This document shows positions 46,333-50,068 of a stretch of 50,068 nt of DNA, in pieces; the stretch's first letter is position 1, and the number at the start of each line of letters is the position of its first letter. The stretch comes from an uncultured Dehalococcoidia bacterium. Its GTDB lineage: Bacteria; Chloroflexota; Dehalococcoidia; SZUA-161. The notes beneath the pieces were generated by a model that ran no database searches, had not been told where the DNA came from, and worked only from the letters and a program-made list of their open reading frames with translations. The stretch lies in contig CAYVES010000004.1 of assembly GCA_964449845.1 (NCBI GenBank), positions 1-50,068 on the forward strand, given 5' to 3'. The position numbers and the translations under genes were made by a program.

Positions 46333-46432
46333 AGTTTTACGAGTAGTATGGTAATGTCAAAGTGGAACCAAGGAGCTGGCAAGCACATAGACTGGCTTTA
46401 TCAAGGGAGGGTATGCCGAGAGGGGTTTAGCT

Positions 46433-47863
46433 ATGTTTGGGACCCGCTCGTTTTACATATTGCTGGCACTTTTCGGGCTCTGCAGCCTGCTCTACTATTT
46501 CGGGGAGCTGATAGACTTCGCTGGCTGGACAGCTTTACGCCATGACTTCTTTTACGGCGTGCACGATGTACATCGCCTCTTTTTCCTGGCTCCAATAATC
46601 TACGCCGGCCACGCCTACAGGGTCAAAGGAGCCGTGGTCGTCACACTTGCTGCCCTCATTGTCTTTTTGCCCCGCGCTTTCGTGGTATCTCCCTTCCCTG
46701 ACCCGATGCTCAGGATAGTGCTTTTTACCGTAGCTGCAGGGCTCATGGGTTCCTTCACGGGGGTGATACGCAATCAGTCCGAACTGCGCAGCTATCTCGA
46801 AGCATTGCTAAGAAGCGAGAGAGACAGGTTCTTGGGCATGCTGGACAAAATGGAAGACGGAGTCATGATCGCTGGCCCTGATTACAGGATACACTTTCTG
46901 AATCCAGGTATGGTAAGGGAGTTTGGCGAGGGCGTCGGCTCCCATTGCTATGAGTATCTGCACAACTTCGATGACCCGTGCAACCAGATCTGCAAGCTGC
47001 CAAGCGTCATAAGTGGTGCGATTGAGAGATGGGAATATAACTTCCCAGATGGCAGGACCTATGAGGTGGTTGGCTCACCCTTTGTCGATTCCAACGGAGT
47101 GGTTTGTCAGCTTGCTACATTTAGAAACATCACGCAGCGCAAGCAGGTCGAGTTGGAACTTATCGAACTCGACAAATTGAAGTCCGAGCTTCTATCAAAC
47201 ATCTCTCACGAGCTTCGATCGCCGCTGACCTCCATAAAGGGGATCACCAGCAGTCTGCTGCAAAAGGATATAGAACTGGATGATGAAACCCAGGAGATGC
47301 TTCTCAGCGGCGTAGGCGAGGAGACGGATAGATTAGCAAGCCTGGTTACCAAACTGCTTGATATGAGCAAGCTTGAGGCAGGTGTTTGGAAACCAGAAAA
47401 AGAGCGCTGCCATATCTCGGACATCATCAATGAGGCATTGGAGCATCAGAAATGGATTCACAAGAAACATATCTTCGAGACCGATATGGAGACCGATTTG
47501 CCAGAAATCTATGCTGACTGTAGTCAGATAAGACAGGTGTTGGTTAACCTACTTGAGAATGCGACGGCTTACTCCGAAGATGGAACCAGGATAACTATAA
47601 GGGCTACGAGTGTGGATAGCGAGGTAGAAGTGAGTGTCTCTGATGAGGGTGTGGGAATACCACAGGAGGACCTGGGGAAGATATTCGACAAGTTCTACCG
47701 TGGTATCCAGAAGCGGCAGAAGCCCGGGGGTACTGGTCTAGGTCTAGCTATTTGCCGGGCCATTATTCTCAATCACGGGGGGCGGATTTGGGCCGAAAGC
47801 GAAAACGGGCATGGCTCCACTTTTCACTTCACTTTGCCCGTCGCACCGCCAAGCAGGAAGTGA
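46433..47863 (+). CDS. Sensor histidine kinase (N-terminal polytopic domain, PAS-like domain with Cys cluster, HisKA, HATPase_c)
   Basis: 476 aa. SHELRSPLTSI is the H-box. LLENATAYS (N box), DEGVGIP (G1) and GGTGLGLAICR (G2) follow. The PAS-like segment contains HCYEYLHNFDDPCNQIC. Confidence 0.85.
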   Translation: MFGTRSFYILLALFGLCSLLYYFGELIDFAGWTALRHDFFYGVHDVHRLFFLAPIIYAGHAYRVKGAVVVTLAALIVFLPRAFVVSPFPDPMLRIVLFTVAAGLMGSFTGVIRNQSELRSYLEALLRSERDRFLGMLDKMEDGVMIAGPDYRIHFLNPGMVREFGEGVGSHCYEYLHNFDDPCNQICKLPSVISGAIERWEYNFPDGRTYEVVGSPFVDSNGVVCQLATFRNITQRKQVELELIELDKLKSELLSNISHELRSPLTSIKGITSSLLQKDIELDDETQEMLLSGVGEETDRLASLVTKLLDMSKLEAGVWKPEKERCHISDIINEALEHQKWIHKKHIFETDMETDLPEIYADCSQIRQVLVNLLENATAYSEDGTRITIRATSVDSEVEVSVSDEGVGIPQEDLGKIFDKFYRGIQKRQKPGGTGLGLAICRAIILNHGGRIWAESENGHGSTFHFTLPVAPPSRK

Positions 47864-47866
47864 GGT

Positions 47867-48568
47867 GTGGAAGCGATGGCTAAGAAGATAAAAATCCTCG
47901 TCGTTGATGATGAGCCAAAGATACGCATGTTTATTCGCGCCAACCTGGAAGCTCGGGGCTACGAGATATATCTTGCCCAGGATGGGATCGAGGCCATAGA
48001 GGTGGCAGAACGTGTCCTTCCGGATGTAATCGTGCTCGACGTGAATATGCCCCGCATGGATGGTATCGACGCTTGCCGCCGAATAAGGGAGTGGGCAGAT
48101 ATGCCCATCATAATTCTGAGCGTAAGGGGAGACGAGAGAGACAAGGTCAGAGCCCTGGATGAGGGTGCCGACGATTACGTTACCAAGCCCTTCGGCATAG
48201 AAGAGTTACTGGCCAGAATCAGAGTGGCACTGAGGCGTTCCGCGGGCACAACCGTTGCTGCCCCCCTATTCACAGCGGGAGACCTGGAAGTTGACCTGTC
48301 CAAGAGGGTGGTTAAACGGCAAGGACAGATCTTGAAACTCACCAGGACAGAGTATGAGCTTCTGGCATATCTGGTTTCCAATTCGGGCAAAGTGCTAACA
48401 CACAGAGAGTTGCTGCACAATGTTTGGGGTCCAGAATATGGTGACGAAAGGGAGTATGTCCGCGTTTTCATTGGGCAACTCAGGAGAAAGATAGAAGACG
48501 ACCCATCAGATCCACGCTTCATTGCGACGGAACCTCGGATAGGCTATCGGTTTGTCAAGCCCGATTGA
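47867..48568 (+). CDS. OmpR/KdpE-like response regulator
   Basis: KILVVDDE, VIVLDVNMPRMDG, ILSVRG and DYVTKPF are the receiver motifs. The wHTH is LTRTEYELLAYL...FIGQLRRKIE...EPRIGYRF. The start is GTG at 47867 or ATG at 47876. Confidence 0.9.
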   Translation: MEAMAKKIKILVVDDEPKIRMFIRANLEARGYEIYLAQDGIEAIEVAERVLPDVIVLDVNMPRMDGIDACRRIREWADMPIIILSVRGDERDKVRALDEGADDYVTKPFGIEELLARIRVALRRSAGTTVAAPLFTAGDLEVDLSKRVVKRQGQILKLTRTEYELLAYLVSNSGKVLTHRELLHNVWGPEYGDEREYVRVFIGQLRRKIEDDPSDPRFIATEPRIGYRFVKPD

Positions 48569-48640
48569 TTTGCCCAAGCAAACCCCCCGGTCTTCAAGGG
48601 AACTCGCATAATACCTCGCCCAATTCTCTTCAGCCTCCAA

Positions 48641-48708
48641 ATCCTTACAGAATCCTTATGTGTTGCCCCCATATCTTTATGCCTTCCTTACGCTTTCTGG
48701 CACATAAT
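48641..48708 (+). promoter_or_regulatory. Four phased ATCYTTAY direct repeats plus a candidate -10
   Basis: ATCCTTAC (48641), ATCCTTAT (48652), ATCTTTAT (48673) and TTCCTTAC (48684) are spaced 11/21/11 nt. CATAAT is at 48703-48708. The array sits between the response regulator gene and the small membrane-protein gene. Confidence 0.45.
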
Positions 48709-48742
48709 AATGGTGGAACGAACGAAGTAAGGAGGCGACATC

Positions 48743-48970
48743 ATGGCGGAACTCGAAATGATTTTGAAGATTGTCCTCCTTGGCCTGATTCATTGGGCGC
48801 TGGTGCCGATAGCACTGAAGGGTTTGCTTGAGAGGAAGCGAGTGCCGGGGGGTCGGAAGGGTCTGTGGGCGATTCCAATTGTGTTCATTACTTGCTTGGG
48901 GCCGCTATCCTTCTTGATAGTTGACGAACTCTATCCCCAGCCTCAAGCTCAGCTCGACTACGATAGGTAA
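48743..48970 (+). CDS. Small two-TM membrane protein
   Basis: 75 aa after AAGGAGG. Two hydrophobic helices are separated by ERKRVPGGRKG. Confidence 0.5.
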   Translation: MAELEMILKIVLLGLIHWALVPIALKGLLERKRVPGGRKGLWAIPIVFITCLGPLSFLIVDELYPQPQAQLDYDR

Positions 48971-48994
48971 CGCTTATCTCAAGGAAGACCCGCT

Positions 48995-49381
48995 ATGGGA
49001 ACAAAAAAGGTAGTCATTGTTGATGACGACACGCTACTTTCCAAGACCATAGACATCTGCCTGAGCAAGAAGGGTTATGATGTTAGGGTCTTCTATAGTG
49101 GCGTTGATGCCGTCAAGTATCTATTCGAGGAGAAGCCGGACTCAGTAGTGTTGGATATTAGATTGCCTGATTGTGATGGTTGGTTCATCGCAAGACTTCT
49201 GGAGAAACTTGAATGGATGGAAAAGGTTCCCGTTATCGTGATATCAGTCTTGGAACCTAACAGAACACAAGTCACCGAGGTGAAGCCCTATGCTTATATT
49301 CAGAAGCCTTTTGACATGGGGCTTCTTGTGCAAACAGTAGAGAGAAGTCTAAATGCAGAGAAACCCCTTGCTGGCGCATGA
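48995..49381 (+). CDS. Single-domain (CheY-like) response regulator
   Basis: 128 aa. KVVIVDDD, VVLDIRLPDCDG, VISV and IQKPF. Confidence 0.8.
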   Translation: MGTKKVVIVDDDTLLSKTIDICLSKKGYDVRVFYSGVDAVKYLFEEKPDSVVLDIRLPDCDGWFIARLLEKLEWMEKVPVIVISVLEPNRTQVTEVKPYAYIQKPFDMGLLVQTVERSLNAEKPLAGA

Positions 49382-49551
49382 CACGCTGAGACCATGGACA
49401 GTGGGTGCAGAGGGATGAGGATTATTGACAAGATTCTAAAGGAGTTGATGGAGGCCTTAGGCAAACCAGGGCTACAACCCATTGCTTGAAAGTAGGCGGA
49501 ACTAAGTTTCTGCGCTTGCTAGCTCACCCTCTGCACCATTACCACGTCAGG

Positions 49552-50068
49552 TCATATTGGGGCCTCAATCGTTACTGTGGTGCCCTTGCCGGGCTCAGAC
49601 TCCACCTTCAAGCTACCGCCCAGCAACTCGGCTCGCTCTTGCATCCCGGCCAGGCCAAGTCTGCCAGTGCGGGAGAGCTCTCCCACTGTTTTCGGCATTT
49701 CAAAGCCCGCGCCGTCGTCTTTGACGGTGAGCCTGATTTCACCTTCCTCAAACCAGATAGCGACCTCGACCTTTGACGCCTTAGCATGCCGCCTGACATT
49801 GTTGAGGGTCTCCTGAGCGATGCGGAATAGCAATAGCTCGGCCTCGGGGCTGAGGCGCCGCTGGCTACCGACCACCCGCAAATCGGCCTCTATCCCGTGC
49901 TGTTCCCGTAGATCGCTGGCCAGCCACTCCAGCGCTGGAAGTAACCCCAGATCATCCAGTATCGATGGACGTAGATCACGGCTGAAGTCCCTCACCCCTT
50001 GCAATGCATTCTTTACCTCTTTACGCAGGTTTGCCACTAACTTGATGTCGTCTGCTGACAATCGCTTA
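49552..50068 (-). CDS. Histidine kinase, C-terminal part (HisKA_3-type dimerisation region + HATPase_c); gene continues past the right edge
   Basis: RDFSRDLRPSILDDLGLLPALEWL, AQETLNNVRRHA, DDGAGF and GLAGMQERAELLGGSLKVESEPGKGTTV are NarL-partner kinase motifs. Confidence 0.8.
   Translation of the reverse strand, partial: KRLSADDIKLVANLRKEVKNALQGVRDFSRDLRPSILDDLGLLPALEWLASDLREQHGIEADLRVVGSQRRLSPEAELLLFRIAQETLNNVRRHAKASKVEVAIWFEEGEIRLTVKDDGAGFEMPKTVGELSRTGRLGLAGMQERAELLGGSLKVESEPGKGTTVTIEAPI

Noticed and set aside
1-50068. tRNA, rRNA or tmRNA genes as integration targets for the island.
   Set aside because: I found no cloverleaf-like or rRNA-like segments by eye near the repeat boundaries. 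The flanking sequence looks like a decayed protein-coding gene instead. A tRNAscan/Infernal run would be the definitive check.

Overview
This is a bacterial chromosomal window of moderate-to-high GC. PT-rich linkers, REP-like palindromes and serine-recombinase remnants suggest Chloroflexota, but that is only an impression.

**(1) 1-11.7 kb, acyl-CoA metabolism.** It holds a partial acyl-CoA ligase, a fused CoA-transferase, and two divergent B12-dependent acyl-CoA mutases, each split into large and small subunits. It also holds a GlcD-like FAD oxidase, a DUF362 protein and a sulfotransferase. A SIR2-like gene is tightly spaced after one mutase operon. A 161-bp duplicated mutase 3' end flanks the oxidase gene.

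**(2) 12.0-45.2 kb, an apparently degraded integrated island.** It is bracketed by direct repeats made of a large-serine-recombinase 3' end plus about 125 bp of downstream sequence. Decayed fragments of an alpha/beta-hydrolase gene lie outside both repeats. Inside the island are:
- an ECF transporter operon with a DUF4430 lipoprotein and a giant toroid-repeat/2x DUF4430 surface protein, a candidate corrinoid scavenger;
- two secreted proteins and an orphan OmpR-type response regulator;
- a 21-kb gas-vesicle (gvp) cluster.

The gvp cluster is the most interesting content. Canonical gvpA, gvpN, three GvpF/L genes, gvpG, a gvpJ-like gene, gvpK and gvpO are interleaved with an unusual set of partners:
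- an Hsp70, a J domain fused to a GvpF/L protein, and DnaJ-type CxxCxGxG zinc-finger proteins;
- three alpha-crystallin-domain proteins, one with a clear XRE-type HTH N-terminus and one with a possible one;
- a tandem Get3/ArsA-type ATPase and a Cdc48-like double AAA+ ATPase;
- a GvpA-family protein fused to two PH/GRAM-like domains;
- a recurring CPxCG...GCxxCGW zinc-ribbon module.

**(3) 45.2-50.1 kb.** It holds two tandem small single-TM paralogs, a histidine kinase/OmpR-type regulator pair, a small membrane protein, a CheY-like receiver and a partial NarL-type kinase.

No rRNA, tRNA or CRISPR array was recognised. All family assignments come from reading motifs by eye, and no searches were run.
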